Assembly (NCBI GenBank): GCA_033764315.1
Contig: JANRJA010000150.1
Span: 1 to 34,864 of the forward strand
DNA: 34,864 nt
Origin: Oculatellaceae cyanobacterium bins.114
Lineage (GTDB): Bacteria > Cyanobacteriota > Cyanobacteriia > Elainellales > Elainellaceae
Reading direction: 5' to 3'
The first letter of the stretch is position 1, and the number at the start of each line of letters is the position of its first letter. Positions 19,728 to 29,026 of this stretch are shown piece by piece. Position numbers and translations under genes: made by a program. The notes beneath the pieces are model-generated. The model saw only the letters and a list, made by a program, of their open reading frames with translations, searched no databases and had not been told where the DNA came from.

Positions 19728-19771
19728 CTTCAAAATCATTATTTTTAGAGCACTATCGCGTTGTAAACGAC

Positions 19772-20362
19772 TTAGAATCGCTCGGCTTCTGGCGGTGCGT
19801 TAAACCCAGATTGGTTTAAGAACAAGTTTTGAGCCGCATCATTTTGATAGACGCAATCCACTTTAGGATTGCCAGTTCCAACCTCAATATCGCCGGTAAA
19901 TGCAAACGTGTTCATCCGTTGCCGACACTGGTTAACTTGTTGTTGGTTAATCAAATTCTTCCGCTCTAACACAGCCCAGTTTGTGTTTCTCAAGACGCAA
20001 CCTGGCTCCATGCGAGGCTGAGATAGATAAACGCTAAAGGGTTTAAGCGTGACAAATGCCCGCATATCCATCGTGATGGCACTGGCTCCAAATTGCTGGC
20101 ACAACTCAGGATTAGGAGCACTGCGATCGATGACTTCACTCGATGCCACATTCTCAGGAGTAAAACTGGCGGTTGAACTAAAAGCGATCCCAATGCCGAT
20201 GCCCAAAATAAACACGGCTGCAATAATGGCAAGATTGACATAATTGAATGCCGAACTGAGGGGCGATCGCCCATTACCACTAGAGGGACGCTCTACATCG
20301 CGGTCACGCTCTAGAGGGGGTCTGGAGGAGGATCGGGGGGGTGCTTTTGGTTTACGTCTCAT
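19772..20362 (-). CDS. Conserved cyanobacterial membrane protein (DUF3172-like)
   Basis: One TM helix and the motifs APNPELCQQFGASA, PGCVLR..NW and CRQRMNTF. Confidence 0.75.
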   Translation of the reverse strand: MRRKPKAPPRSSSRPPLERDRDVERPSSGNGRSPLSSAFNYVNLAIIAAVFILGIGIGIAFSSTASFTPENVASSEVIDRSAPNPELCQQFGASAITMDMRAFVTLKPFSVYLSQPRMEPGCVLRNTNWAVLERKNLINQQQVNQCRQRMNTFAFTGDIEVGTGNPKVDCVYQNDAAQNLFLNQSGFNAPPEAERF

Positions 20363-20453
20363 AAAGATTAATCTTACATTTGAAAAATCGCTTTACAGCA
20401 ATTGAGTTGACTATAGCATTTTGGACTCTGGGTTGAGGCATCTGCCTTTTGTC

Positions 20454-21446
20454 TCATAGCTCAATCTGCTCAATCACCTGCTGCAAAGTTTTTGCCGATT
20501 GTTGTAACTGGGCTTGCTCTGCCTCATTAAGGCTCGTTTGCAAAACGCGTGTGACGCCTTGGCGGCTCACCACCGATGGAAGGCTCAAACACACATCTTG
20601 TAAGCCGTTGACATTATTCATCAAACTACTGACCGTCAGCACCCGGTTCTGATTTCTCAAAATGGCTTGCACAATATGGGTCACTGCCAGCCCGATCGCG
20701 TAGCTGGTATAGCCCTTACGTTGAATAATTTCATAGGCAGCGTTCTTAACTTGCAAAAAGACGTTCTGGAGTTCTGTCTGATCGGAGTCTGAGCTACCCT
20801 GCTCGCCATCATAGAGAGGTGTACCCGCTATGTTTAGACGGCTCCATACGGCCACCTCACTATCTCCGTGCTCTCCAATGACATAGGCGTGGAGGCTGCG
20901 GGGATCAATTTGTAGTTTCTGTGCCAACAAGTACCGAAACCGTGCTGTGTCCAAAACAGTACCAGACCCAATCACCCGTGACGAAGGCAGTTTTGAGAGC
21001 TTCAACGCCGCATAGGTGAGAATATCAACCGGATTGCTAACCATCAACAAGATAGCGTTGGGACAATGTTGCACAATCTCAGGAATCAGCTTTTTGAGCA
21101 GTTCAACATTGCGCTGAACCAGGCTTAACCGAGATTCACCTGGTTTTTGCCCAACTCCGGCAGTCACCACCACAATATCGGCTCCGGCTCCATCGGCGAT
21201 CGCCCCTCCTCTAATCGTAGTGGGTGCCACAAACGGCAAGCCATGCACCAGATCCATCACTTCCCCTTCAAGCTTCTCCTTGGCGACATCGACTAACACC
21301 ATCTCATCCAACGTGTTTTGAATCAGCATCGAGTAGGCACACGCCATTCCCACCTGACCTGCCCCAATAATCATGCCTTTGCGGGGGCGAATTGGGTCAA
21401 TCTGCAAGTCAGATACAGGATGGGAGACAAAGAGATTTTCAAACAT
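20454..21446 (-). CDS. ldh: L-lactate dehydrogenase
   Basis: [19 protein letters not shown] (Gln at the specificity position), NPVD, LDTARF, GEHGDS and KGYTSYAIG. Confidence 0.9.
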   Translation of the reverse strand: MFENLFVSHPVSDLQIDPIRPRKGMIIGAGQVGMACAYSMLIQNTLDEMVLVDVAKEKLEGEVMDLVHGLPFVAPTTIRGGAIADGAGADIVVVTAGVGQKPGESRLSLVQRNVELLKKLIPEIVQHCPNAILLMVSNPVDILTYAALKLSKLPSSRVIGSGTVLDTARFRYLLAQKLQIDPRSLHAYVIGEHGDSEVAVWSRLNIAGTPLYDGEQGSSDSDQTELQNVFLQVKNAAYEIIQRKGYTSYAIGLAVTHIVQAILRNQNRVLTVSSLMNNVNGLQDVCLSLPSVVSRQGVTRVLQTSLNEAEQAQLQQSAKTLQQVIEQIEL

Positions 21447-21561
21447 AGACTGTGCCAGACATAGTGCCCTCGTGACTCCACTGAAATCCTAGCGTGAGGG
21501 TGGGGCGATCGCTATGCCTGTAGAACACATCTCCCTAAAATTTAGGGATTCCTCTCTAATC

Positions 21562-23076
21562 TCAGGAGGGCGTTTCCTCCGATTTTTCGGGTTTGAGCAA
21601 TGGGAAGGCAATCACATCTCGGATGCTAGCAGAGTTAGTCAGCACCATCACCAAGCGATCGATCCCCATGCCCATGCCTCCGGTGGGTGGCATCCCATAT
21701 TCCAGAGCAGTGAGGAAATCCTCATCCACTCCCGGAGCCTCTAGATCACCCGCTGCCTTACGCGCCGCCTGAAGCTCAAACCTTTCTCGCTGATCAATCG
21801 GATCAGTCAACTCCGAAAAACTGTTGGCGGTTTCACGCCCGACCATAAACAGTTCAAATCGTTCCACTAGTCCGGGTTTGCTGCGGTGAGGTTTGGCTAA
21901 TGGCGAGATTTCAACCGGGTAGTCAATCACAAATGTCGGTTGAATCAAGGTTTCCTCGACCCGTTGCTCAAAGGCCTCATTCAATACGTGCCCTACACTT
22001 TCACAATCTTTGGCATCAATGCCTGCTGCTGCCGCTGCTGCTTTAGCTGCATCCACCGTATCAAACTGAGCAAAATCAATTCCGGTTTTTTCGTGCACTA
22101 GCTCATGCATCGTCACCCGTCGCCAGGGTGGAGTTAAATCAACATCCTGTCCCTGATAGGTAATCTGGAGCGTTTCCAAGACTTCTTGAGCCGCATAGAC
22201 AATGATGGCTTCGGTTAATGCCATCATGTCGTCATAGTCGGCGTAGGCTTGATATAGCTCGATGGTCGTGAATTCAGGGTTGTGGCGGGTTGAAACACCC
22301 TCATTGCGAAAAATTCGCCCCAGTTCAAATACTTTTTCAAATCCGCCGACAATCAATCGCTTTAAATGAAGCTCGGTCGCAATCCGCAGATATAGCTCCA
22401 TTTCTAACGTGTTGTGATAAGTGATAAAGGGACGCGCCTCTGCTCCCCCTGCTTCTGTCATCAACACCGGAGTCTCAATCTCAATAAAGCCTTGTTGACT
22501 TAAGTAGCGACGAATCGCCGCCGTGATCAACGCCCGCCGACGAAAGGTGTCTCGCACCTCTGGATTGACGATCAAATCTACATATCGCTGCCGATACCGT
22601 TTTTCTACATCGGTCAAGCCATGCCATTTGTCAGGTAAGGGCAATAGCGATTTGGTCAGCACCGCGTATTGAGCAACGTAGACGGACAGTTCCCCTTTTT
22701 CGGTACGACGAACAGACCCCTTGACTCCCAAAAAATCTCCTGCATCGGTGAGTTGCTTCAAGTGTTCAAAGGCATCAGAGTCAATCTCTGCCATGCTCTC
22801 TTGAATTTTTTTCTTATCTAAATAGAGCTGGATGACCCCAGTTTCGTCTTGCAGTGTAAAGAAAGCTAGTTTGCCAAAGACCCGACGATTCATAATACGT
22901 CCGGCGATCGCCACTTCGATCTCGACCTCTTCGCCGTTGGGTAGATCTACATACTTTTCTTGCAATTCCGCCGCATGGTGGGTCACATCCCATTTATAGG
23001 CATAGGGATTGAAGCCCAGTTGCTTGAGTTGATTTGCTTTTTCGAGGCGAGCGGCACGCAATTCGTCAGACGACAT
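21562..23076 (-). CDS. lysS: Lysine--tRNA ligase (class II)
   Basis: Motifs [32 protein letters not shown] and [16 protein letters not shown]. Confidence 0.98.
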   Translation of the reverse strand: MSSDELRAARLEKANQLKQLGFNPYAYKWDVTHHAAELQEKYVDLPNGEEVEIEVAIAGRIMNRRVFGKLAFFTLQDETGVIQLYLDKKKIQESMAEIDSDAFEHLKQLTDAGDFLGVKGSVRRTEKGELSVYVAQYAVLTKSLLPLPDKWHGLTDVEKRYRQRYVDLIVNPEVRDTFRRRALITAAIRRYLSQQGFIEIETPVLMTEAGGAEARPFITYHNTLEMELYLRIATELHLKRLIVGGFEKVFELGRIFRNEGVSTRHNPEFTTIELYQAYADYDDMMALTEAIIVYAAQEVLETLQITYQGQDVDLTPPWRRVTMHELVHEKTGIDFAQFDTVDAAKAAAAAAGIDAKDCESVGHVLNEAFEQRVEETLIQPTFVIDYPVEISPLAKPHRSKPGLVERFELFMVGRETANSFSELTDPIDQRERFELQAARKAAGDLEAPGVDEDFLTALEYGMPPTGGMGMGIDRLVMVLTNSASIRDVIAFPLLKPEKSEETPS

Positions 23077-23210
23077 AGAAGGTAGAAGAAAGGATAAAGG
23101 ATGAAGGATAAACGATGAAGGCTGAAAGATAAACGATGAAGGCTGAAAGATAAAAAAAGAAAATTGAAGAATAACGGTTTTATCCTTTATTTCTTATCCT
23201 TCATCCTTGT
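23077..23210. repeat. Degenerate heptamer tandem repeats (STRR-like) in inverted arrangement
   Basis: AGGATAA/AGGATGA/ACGATGA/AGGCTGA units, with a 21-bp exact duplication at 23107-23148, face complementary TTATCCT/TCATCCT units. Confidence 0.75.
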
Positions 23211-23214
23211 TCTC

Positions 23215-24042
23215 TTAGTCTTGCTGGTGAGCAAACTGGTAAGCCCCGACAGCTGAGAGGGCGATCGCGATCGTCAGCAAAACTGGAATGCTATACCAGG
23301 GAAATTGGGAGACGGGTAAGTAGGCAGCGGCTCGTAATCCCAGACTGCTGTAGGTCAGGGGCAAAATGTAAACAATGCCTTTGAGTAACAGTGGCAATGT
23401 TTGTGGGTCGAAGAAGGTAGCTCCTAAAAAGGACATGGGCACAATCAAGAAATTATTGAGCAGCCCAACCCCTTCCAACGATTTCACATTCAAGCCCACA
23501 ATCACACCCAATCCCGCAAACACCGCGCAATTGAGTACCAAAATCAACAAGAAAAGGGGATTGAGAAAACTCCAGACCTGCCCTGTAAATAACACTGCCA
23601 CCAAAATGACGGACGCTGAAGTCATCAGCCCCCGCACGACCCCTGCTAGCATCTTGCCTAAGAACAATGCCAATGGGTGAACAGGAAGCAGCAAAATCTC
23701 TTCAAAGGTCTTGGTGTAAAGCCGTTCTCCACAGATTGAGAAGGTTGTGCCGCCAAAGCTAATGGTCATGGAAGACAGGGCTACCATTCCAGGCAAGATG
23801 AATTGTAAATAATTTTCTCCAGCAGTAGGTTGAGCAACGGCATCCAGGGCACTTCCTAGCCCCAAGCCAAATGCCAGAATGTAAATCAGCGGAGACACCA
23901 AGCCTGAGGCGACGACTTGGAGAATGCGAACCCGCAGGTCGAGCCAATCTCCCCAAAAGACAGTGACACTATCAACCAAAATGCCTTGCAGAGTAGAGGC
24001 TCTATTGGGTTGACGATGAGAGAGATAAGGTTGAGGAGTCAC
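23215..24042 (-). CDS. ABC-2 type exporter permease (no ATPase adjacent)
   Basis: YLQFILPGM, ER...TFEEILLLP and PMSFLGATFF...LP, with about six TM helices. Confidence 0.85.
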   Translation of the reverse strand: MTPQPYLSHRQPNRASTLQGILVDSVTVFWGDWLDLRVRILQVVASGLVSPLIYILAFGLGLGSALDAVAQPTAGENYLQFILPGMVALSSMTISFGGTTFSICGERLYTKTFEEILLLPVHPLALFLGKMLAGVVRGLMTSASVILVAVLFTGQVWSFLNPLFLLILVLNCAVFAGLGVIVGLNVKSLEGVGLLNNFLIVPMSFLGATFFDPQTLPLLLKGIVYILPLTYSSLGLRAAAYLPVSQFPWYSIPVLLTIAIALSAVGAYQFAHQQD

Positions 24043-24405
24043 AGGACGCTACCGATACATTTGCTTAACAAATCACCTCCATCATTTTGGCATCTCTTGT
24101 TCGGGATTTGTTGCTTTTTTCTAAGGAGGCTACAGCAAAGCTATTCCTCCCACATGATCCTCTTGATTCAGTCTGGCACTCGATTTTTGGTTGCTGAGTA
24201 TCTCAGCATTTGTTTGGTGTTGTCACATTAACCGCAATAACGCCGAGACAGGATGCAAAAATAGAGGGGCAAAATTAAGCAAATTTCCGTAAAAACCCTA
24301 CGGATGTTTTACGTAAAGATTGCATAGATCGATGTAGTGGTTTTGAGGCATCTGATGCGATCGCTTCTCTATACCCTCCAATTCAAGCGTTCAAAAGAAC
24401 CTGTA

Positions 24406-25041
24406 ATGAAAAAATCATCCCTTCTGACTGCTCTTTTCCTGGTCACCGCCTTAATGCTCTCTGCTTGCGGCAGTCAGAGCCAGACCGCTGACAAACCTCC
24501 GGCTCCTACCACAGCGTCTGCCTCTCCATCTGTCCCTGCTCCTGAGACATCTGTTGCGGCATCTCCTAGTCCCAGCGTTGCAGCATCACCTGAGACGCCT
24601 GCTGCGGCTACAACAACTGAAACGTATCGTGAAAAGGATGGCTTATTTGAAATTTCCTTTCCAGAGGGATATACCCATCAAGATACGGGTAGCGGTGTAG
24701 CATTTGTCTCGAGTGACCAAGGGTTTGGTGGCTCAGTAGACTTTGGCTCAGCTCAAGGTAATCAACTCGATAACACCCAACTTGAAGCCGCGTTGAAAAC
24801 GGAATATGAAAAACGCTTAAACCAAGTTACCTGGCAAGGCTCTGAAGAGCAACCCGATGGTAGCATCCGAGTTGACTGGGTTGGCACTGACAAAGATGGC
24901 AACGAGTTAGATGCGGTTAGCTTTGTTGAACAACGAGGCGACAACGTCTTTATCCTCAATCTGTTTGGCATTAACAAGGCTTACCAAGACTATCTGCCCG
25001 ATGCAGAGGCGATCGTCGGCAGCTATCGAGTTCGGCAATAG
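24406..25041 (+). CDS. Lipoprotein with a probable PsbP/DcrB-like domain
   Basis: MKK signal with lipobox LSAC, a P/A/S/T-rich linker, YREKDGLFEISFPEGY and C-terminal IVGSYRV. ATG at 24406. Confidence 0.7.
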   Translation: MKKSSLLTALFLVTALMLSACGSQSQTADKPPAPTTASASPSVPAPETSVAASPSPSVAASPETPAAATTTETYREKDGLFEISFPEGYTHQDTGSGVAFVSSDQGFGGSVDFGSAQGNQLDNTQLEAALKTEYEKRLNQVTWQGSEEQPDGSIRVDWVGTDKDGNELDAVSFVEQRGDNVFILNLFGINKAYQDYLPDAEAIVGSYRVRQ

Positions 25042-25087
25042 CATTTCCTACTATTCCTAGCAATTTGGCAGACCCATCGATATCCTC

Positions 25088-25115
25088 GTAAGGGCGTTTC
25101 GCAAAACGCCCTTAC
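25088..25115. repeat. REP-like palindrome
   Basis: GTAAGGGCGTTT-CGCA-AAACGCCCTTAC is a perfect 12-bp stem. Confidence 0.7.
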
Positions 25116-25163
25116 CGCTAATTGGCAACCTTGGCGACGTTTTACAAAACGTTATCCATCACG

Positions 25164-25203
25164 AAATCCCGGCTCTCTTTAAAGAAAGTCGGGGTTTTTG
25201 TTT
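25164..25203 (+). terminator. Hairpin plus T-tract downstream of the lipoprotein gene
   Basis: AAATCCCGGCTCTCTTT/AAAGAAAGTCGGGGTTT followed by TTGTTT. It resembles the ATCCCCG...CGGGGAT repeat family. Confidence 0.55.
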
Positions 25204-25277
25204 AATTCAGTTGATTCAAATTAGAAGTGATTCAAATTAGAAGATTTTCAGGAATGAATCTACCCAAGGATCTGGGC

Positions 25278-25324
25278 TTCGACTTCGCTCAGCCCGCCAA
25301 TCCAGAGCGTTGAGCGTAGTCGAA
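25278..25324. repeat. Short dispersed inverted repeat
   Basis: TTCGACTTCGCTCA pairs with TGAGCGTAGTCGAA (13/14). A 16-bp tandem duplication TGATTCAAATTAGAAG lies at 25212-25243. Confidence 0.65.
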
Positions 25325-25362
25325 ACGTGGCGATTCAGGTATTTTCCTTGGCAGAAATCTCC

Positions 25363-25956
25363 TTAGCTATCTACTTCAGCCATTTCGATGACACGACCAT
25401 CGATATCTTTGACTAAAAAGTTAAGAGGCTTGTCGCGACGAATCTTGTGCTTAACGCCCCGCGTTTGAACTCGCATCAACACCTGTTCGAGGCAGTCATG
25501 ATCAAAACAAACATGGCGTTGTCGATCCTTCTCACCCAAGCTTGCTCCTGAAATGACATGCAATTGGGTATTTTTTTTAAGTTGATACCACAGCCCATCT
25601 GCTGCCCCTGAGCGTTGAGCGGTGGCACGTCCAAAGTTGGCAGATGACATATATAAAGGGTCAGCACCAACCGTGCCCAAGGTTTGTTCGTAGTCGTAGT
25701 AATAGTGCAACGGTACGTCAGCTACGGGCAGATCTAGCATTCCTTCATAAAAATCTCTGGCGACTTCTAAGTCAGACACCATTAGCGTGTGGACTTTGGG
25801 AGCACTGGTGAGAAACATCCACATTGCCCCAGCATAAGCAACCAAAAGCATCACCATGATGCCCTGGGTCGAAAGCAAGCCATCGAGAGGAATCGATGGC
25901 AGAAATGAGGCTAGAGGATGAGAAATGCTGATGATATCTAGGTTTGCTAAAGCCAT
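25363..25956 (-). CDS. Membrane-anchored glyoxalase/VOC-like protein
   Basis: TM helix, then HTLMVSDLEVARDFY..L.L, QLHVI, RHVCF and KDIDGRVIE. Start placed at ATG 25956. Confidence 0.8.
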   Translation of the reverse strand: MALANLDIISISHPLASFLPSIPLDGLLSTQGIMVMLLVAYAGAMWMFLTSAPKVHTLMVSDLEVARDFYEGMLDLPVADVPLHYYYDYEQTLGTVGADPLYMSSANFGRATAQRSGAADGLWYQLKKNTQLHVISGASLGEKDRQRHVCFDHDCLEQVLMRVQTRGVKHKIRRDKPLNFLVKDIDGRVIEMAEVDS

Positions 25957-26128
25957 GAACAATAATGGAGAATGACAACCGCAAAAAAATGAGAAGGATT
26001 GACGGGCGATCGCCCTGTGCATCTTACTAGTGTATCAAGGTCAAATCGGTATCATCCAATCTACTCTCAAGTATGAGTTTGCTCAAGCGTTCCCATAAAT
26101 CTTGATGAGAAGTTTGAATAATCTCACT

Positions 26129-27256
26129 TTATTCAGTCAAATGCCCCAGTGCTCTCAACACGGCTCGGTCGATTTCTGGCAACAAACTTTCTTGAGCTGA
26201 GTAAGGGCCAGGGACATAGGAACGAGAGCTAACCCCCAACTGCATTGATTCACAGAGTTGCCAATCTTCGCGATTAACACCATCCCAAAACTGGACGATA
26301 TCACTGGGATCAAAGTCAGGTTGAGCCACAGCTTCGGGTGCAAATAGCCATTCACAAATAACATTGGTTTGATTGGGGGCTTGAGGCTCTAACCGATGAG
26401 CCATGACAAAATCGGGTTGCAAGCTGAGCAATAAATTAGGGAAGATGAAGTAGTAATAGGCGCGTTGTAAGTTGTCGCCAGAGACTTCGCCTACCACAGG
26501 CAAGGTGCGCTTGCCGCTCGTGCTGAGGCTGGTGTAAGTTGGGGCGATCGCCATTGGCCCCCCCACAAACGCTCCTTTATAGAGATCATTGGCACTGGTG
26601 CCTGCGGGTGACATTTTGACGAGAGCCGGATGAACCGTGGGACAGTGATAGCACTCGGAATAATTGTGAGCCAGGATTTTCCAATTGGTTTGCAGCGAAT
26701 ATTCAATGCGATCGCCTCGACGTAAGGTTGGAATCTTCCATTGAGAAAAACGATCGATCAACGGAGCAAACGCCTCCTCAAACGGTTCTGGATGCTCGGA
26801 CAGATTGACCAACAGGAACCCTTCCCAGGTGGCGATCGCGACTGAGTGGAGGGCATAGTCGTCAGCGTCAAACCCCTCGACCTCATTCATGAATGGGGCT
26901 GAAACCAACTCACCTGTCAGGGCATAGCCCCAAGCATGATAGGGGCACCGAATTGTACCTGATACATGCCCACGTGACTCACTACACAAACGCACACCTC
27001 GATGGCGGCAGACATTATAAAATGCTTTGACCTCTCCGTGGCGATCGCGAACCAAAATGAGACTTTCGCGGCCTACGTGCCGTATGACATAATCTCCTGG
27101 CTCTGGCAGTTCTTCAGCACGTCCGACGCAAAACCAGCGATCGCAAAAAATCCGCTCAACTTCCTCGGCAAAGATGGATTCTGAGGTGTAATAGTGCCCT
27201 GCTAACGTTTTGCTTCCCTGCTGGAAGGTATCTGTCGTTTTGTAAAAAAGCACCAT
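26129..27256 (-). CDS. Rieske non-heme iron oxygenase alpha subunit (GbcA/choline monooxygenase-like)
   Basis: Rieske motif CRHRG...CPYHAW and mononuclear iron motifs NWK....NYSECYHCPTVH and EDW..CE. Confidence 0.88.
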   Translation of the reverse strand: MVLFYKTTDTFQQGSKTLAGHYYTSESIFAEEVERIFCDRWFCVGRAEELPEPGDYVIRHVGRESLILVRDRHGEVKAFYNVCRHRGVRLCSESRGHVSGTIRCPYHAWGYALTGELVSAPFMNEVEGFDADDYALHSVAIATWEGFLLVNLSEHPEPFEEAFAPLIDRFSQWKIPTLRRGDRIEYSLQTNWKILAHNYSECYHCPTVHPALVKMSPAGTSANDLYKGAFVGGPMAIAPTYTSLSTSGKRTLPVVGEVSGDNLQRAYYYFIFPNLLLSLQPDFVMAHRLEPQAPNQTNVICEWLFAPEAVAQPDFDPSDIVQFWDGVNREDWQLCESMQLGVSSRSYVPGPYSAQESLLPEIDRAVLRALGHLTE

Positions 27257-27378
27257 AGGTCGTTGCTGGAATGGTTAATTCTTTCAAATGTCTCAAAACC
27301 GGAGCTGTTGTATTGTATCCGGATGCACGAACGGTCATTCGTCGTTACATGATTGAGTCAGTCTTCTACATATCTCTA

Positions 27379-27957
27379 CTAAATGTCTCTAAAATCAGAC
27401 GTCTCTGAAATCGGCGTTTCCTCGCGCGATCGCCACAGAGCACTGACAATGCCGATCGTATATTTGACGATGATTTCACCCACAAACAGCGAGAGAATTT
27501 CGGTGGTCGAGAGCACCCCCAAAAAGGCGATTACCCCAAATAGCATAGTGTCGAGGGGAATGCTAACGGCGTTGGAGGTGGCAACTCGAAACAGCCAACG
27601 CTTTTGAAGTAAGTGCTGATAAATTTCGGTGTCTACTCCTTCAGAAATTAAGATAGCAGTGAAGCTGGCCAGAATGATCCGAAAGGGCACGCCCAAATAA
27701 GTGCTCATCAGCACATTGGCGATCGCGGCGACAGCAATCGTGCCATAGACAGAGCGTCTTCCAAAAGCATGGAGGCGATCGCGCTGGGTAAAGGTGAGTC
27801 CAAAAATAAAGGTGCCGACGGCAACTTGCCCAAACACTGGAAAGTGGATAAACCAGGTAGCTGTGTAGTTCGCACCCAAAACGGCAACGATGTAGATGAG
27901 AGCTGAAATGATCATATTTGATGACCGATTGATAGCAGTGGATTGCCTTGAATGCAC
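27379..27957 (-). CDS. VUT family (YhhQ/Vut_1-like, queuosine-precursor-type) transporter
   Basis: AN, TFTQRD..H, RIILAS..A...SE..DT.IY, R...SNAVSIPLDT..F...AF and a final-helix K. Alternative start ATG 27915. Confidence 0.8.
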   Translation of the reverse strand: MHSRQSTAINRSSNMIISALIYIVAVLGANYTATWFIHFPVFGQVAVGTFIFGLTFTQRDRLHAFGRRSVYGTIAVAAIANVLMSTYLGVPFRIILASFTAILISEGVDTEIYQHLLQKRWLFRVATSNAVSIPLDTMLFGVIAFLGVLSTTEILSLFVGEIIVKYTIGIVSALWRSREETPISETSDFRDI

Positions 27958-27971
27958 TCCGATTAAACACT

Positions 27972-28130
27972 ATGACATCTCTTGAGTCTAATCAGCCATC
28001 TCTGGTCAGAGCGGTAAAACCGCATCCATTATGGGTGACAGGTGGGGCAAGTTTTATCGGGTCTAACTTTGTGCACTGTTGAGCAGAGCACTTGGAGCAG
28101 AGCACTATCCCAGCGATCGCATTGTCACGA
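27972..28130 (+). pseudogene. rfbB: Decayed 5' fragment of a dTDP-glucose 4,6-dehydratase-like gene
   Basis: ATG 27972 reads ...WVTGGASFIGSNFVHC-stop. After a 14-nt duplication it continues AEHYPSDRIV. This matches the RfbB N-terminus VTGGAGFIGSNFV...P.D.IV. Confidence 0.7.
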
Positions 28131-28138
28131 CTTAACTA

Positions 28139-28300
28139 ACCTGAGTTCGGGATAAGGATTTTGGCGGTTAAAACCGCTGCTATACAAGCAAAACCGACCT
28201 GCTTCGGTTCAGTAAACCTTTGATTTTGGCAGTCCGCGAAGGCGGACTTCGCTCTGGTAGCTGCGAATTTATTCGCTAGGCTCTTAAACCGAACTGACGT
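28139..28300. mobile_element. MITE with 6-bp target-site duplication (IS982-like ends)
   Basis: TIR ACCTGAGTTCGG / CCGAACTGACGT (10/12), flanked by TAACTA at 28133-28138 and 28301-28306. Several internal hairpins. Confidence 0.8.
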
Positions 28301-28483
28301 TAACTAGGATGGGTGCTCACAAAATTGATCGGCACCGGGTTGCGGAAAAACCGTCGAGTGGTATTTGTAGCACTGCGATTGGTGGAAACCGTTGAAATGA
28401 GGGTCAGGCATTAAGCAACTACCTGGCATCGCTTGGCAATGAGTGCTTGCCCCAAAGCCACCTCTCCAAGGCTTTCATGGGCA

Positions 28484-29026
28484 TTAATAAACCGAGAAGG
28501 ATTGCACCACCGAGCGAAAAACGGGTTCTTTTTTAGCCCAGCGTTGCTCACTGCTAGAGAGATTGAGGGTGTAGAGTTGCCCTCGTCGCACCGCAACACT
28601 GGCAAAATTGTGGCGTTCCTGGTTATTAGCAAGCTTGACCGCATACTCTAAGAGGTAATAGGTGACGCCATCGACATCGCGCGATTCGGCACTGAGCAAA
28701 TCAGCCTGACGACCCGAATCTGGAGGGGCGATCGCATTTTTAGAGAGGCGATATCCGACTTCACTGGGGCTACCTAAATCTTGCAGCGTTTTGCCATTAG
28801 GGACTGGGTTAATCACCACACTGACGTTTTCAGTCATTTCAATCAAGTCATGAAACACTACGTCAGGACCCTCTGAGACTTTGACCTGCACCCACCCATT
28901 AGGATACAAAAACTGATATCCGTTGATATTGTTGGCATAACTGCTCAAGCTTGCGGCGACTGAAACACAGCCCTGCAAACTCAGACTCAGCACGATTAAC
29001 AGCACTGCTGCAAGTCGCTTCAGCAT
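28484..29026 (-). CDS. psbP: Photosystem II extrinsic lipoprotein PsbP (CyanoP)
   Basis: Lipobox LQGC, GYQFLYPNGW, DVVFHDLIE..ENVSV, LGSPSEVG and final SFSVY. Confidence 0.93.
   Translation of the reverse strand: MLKRLAAVLLIVLSLSLQGCVSVAASLSSYANNINGYQFLYPNGWVQVKVSEGPDVVFHDLIEMTENVSVVINPVPNGKTLQDLGSPSEVGYRLSKNAIAPPDSGRQADLLSAESRDVDGVTYYLLEYAVKLANNQERHNFASVAVRRGQLYTLNLSSSEQRWAKKEPVFRSVVQSFSVY

Noticed and set aside
23077..23210. Possible CRISPR array among the repeat clusters
   Set aside because: The repeats are contiguous heptamers or isolated palindromes without unique spacers, and there are no cas genes.
27315..27328. NtcA-like GTG-N8-TAC (minus strand) upstream of the Rieske gene
   Set aside because: One mismatch in the triplet, and the hexamer 22 nt downstream is GACATT, not TAN3T. 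Kept only as an unassigned palindrome.
27958..28130. preQ1 riboswitch expected upstream of the VUT gene
   Set aside because: No preQ1-I stem with an A-rich tail is seen. The region is better explained as an rfbB-like remnant.
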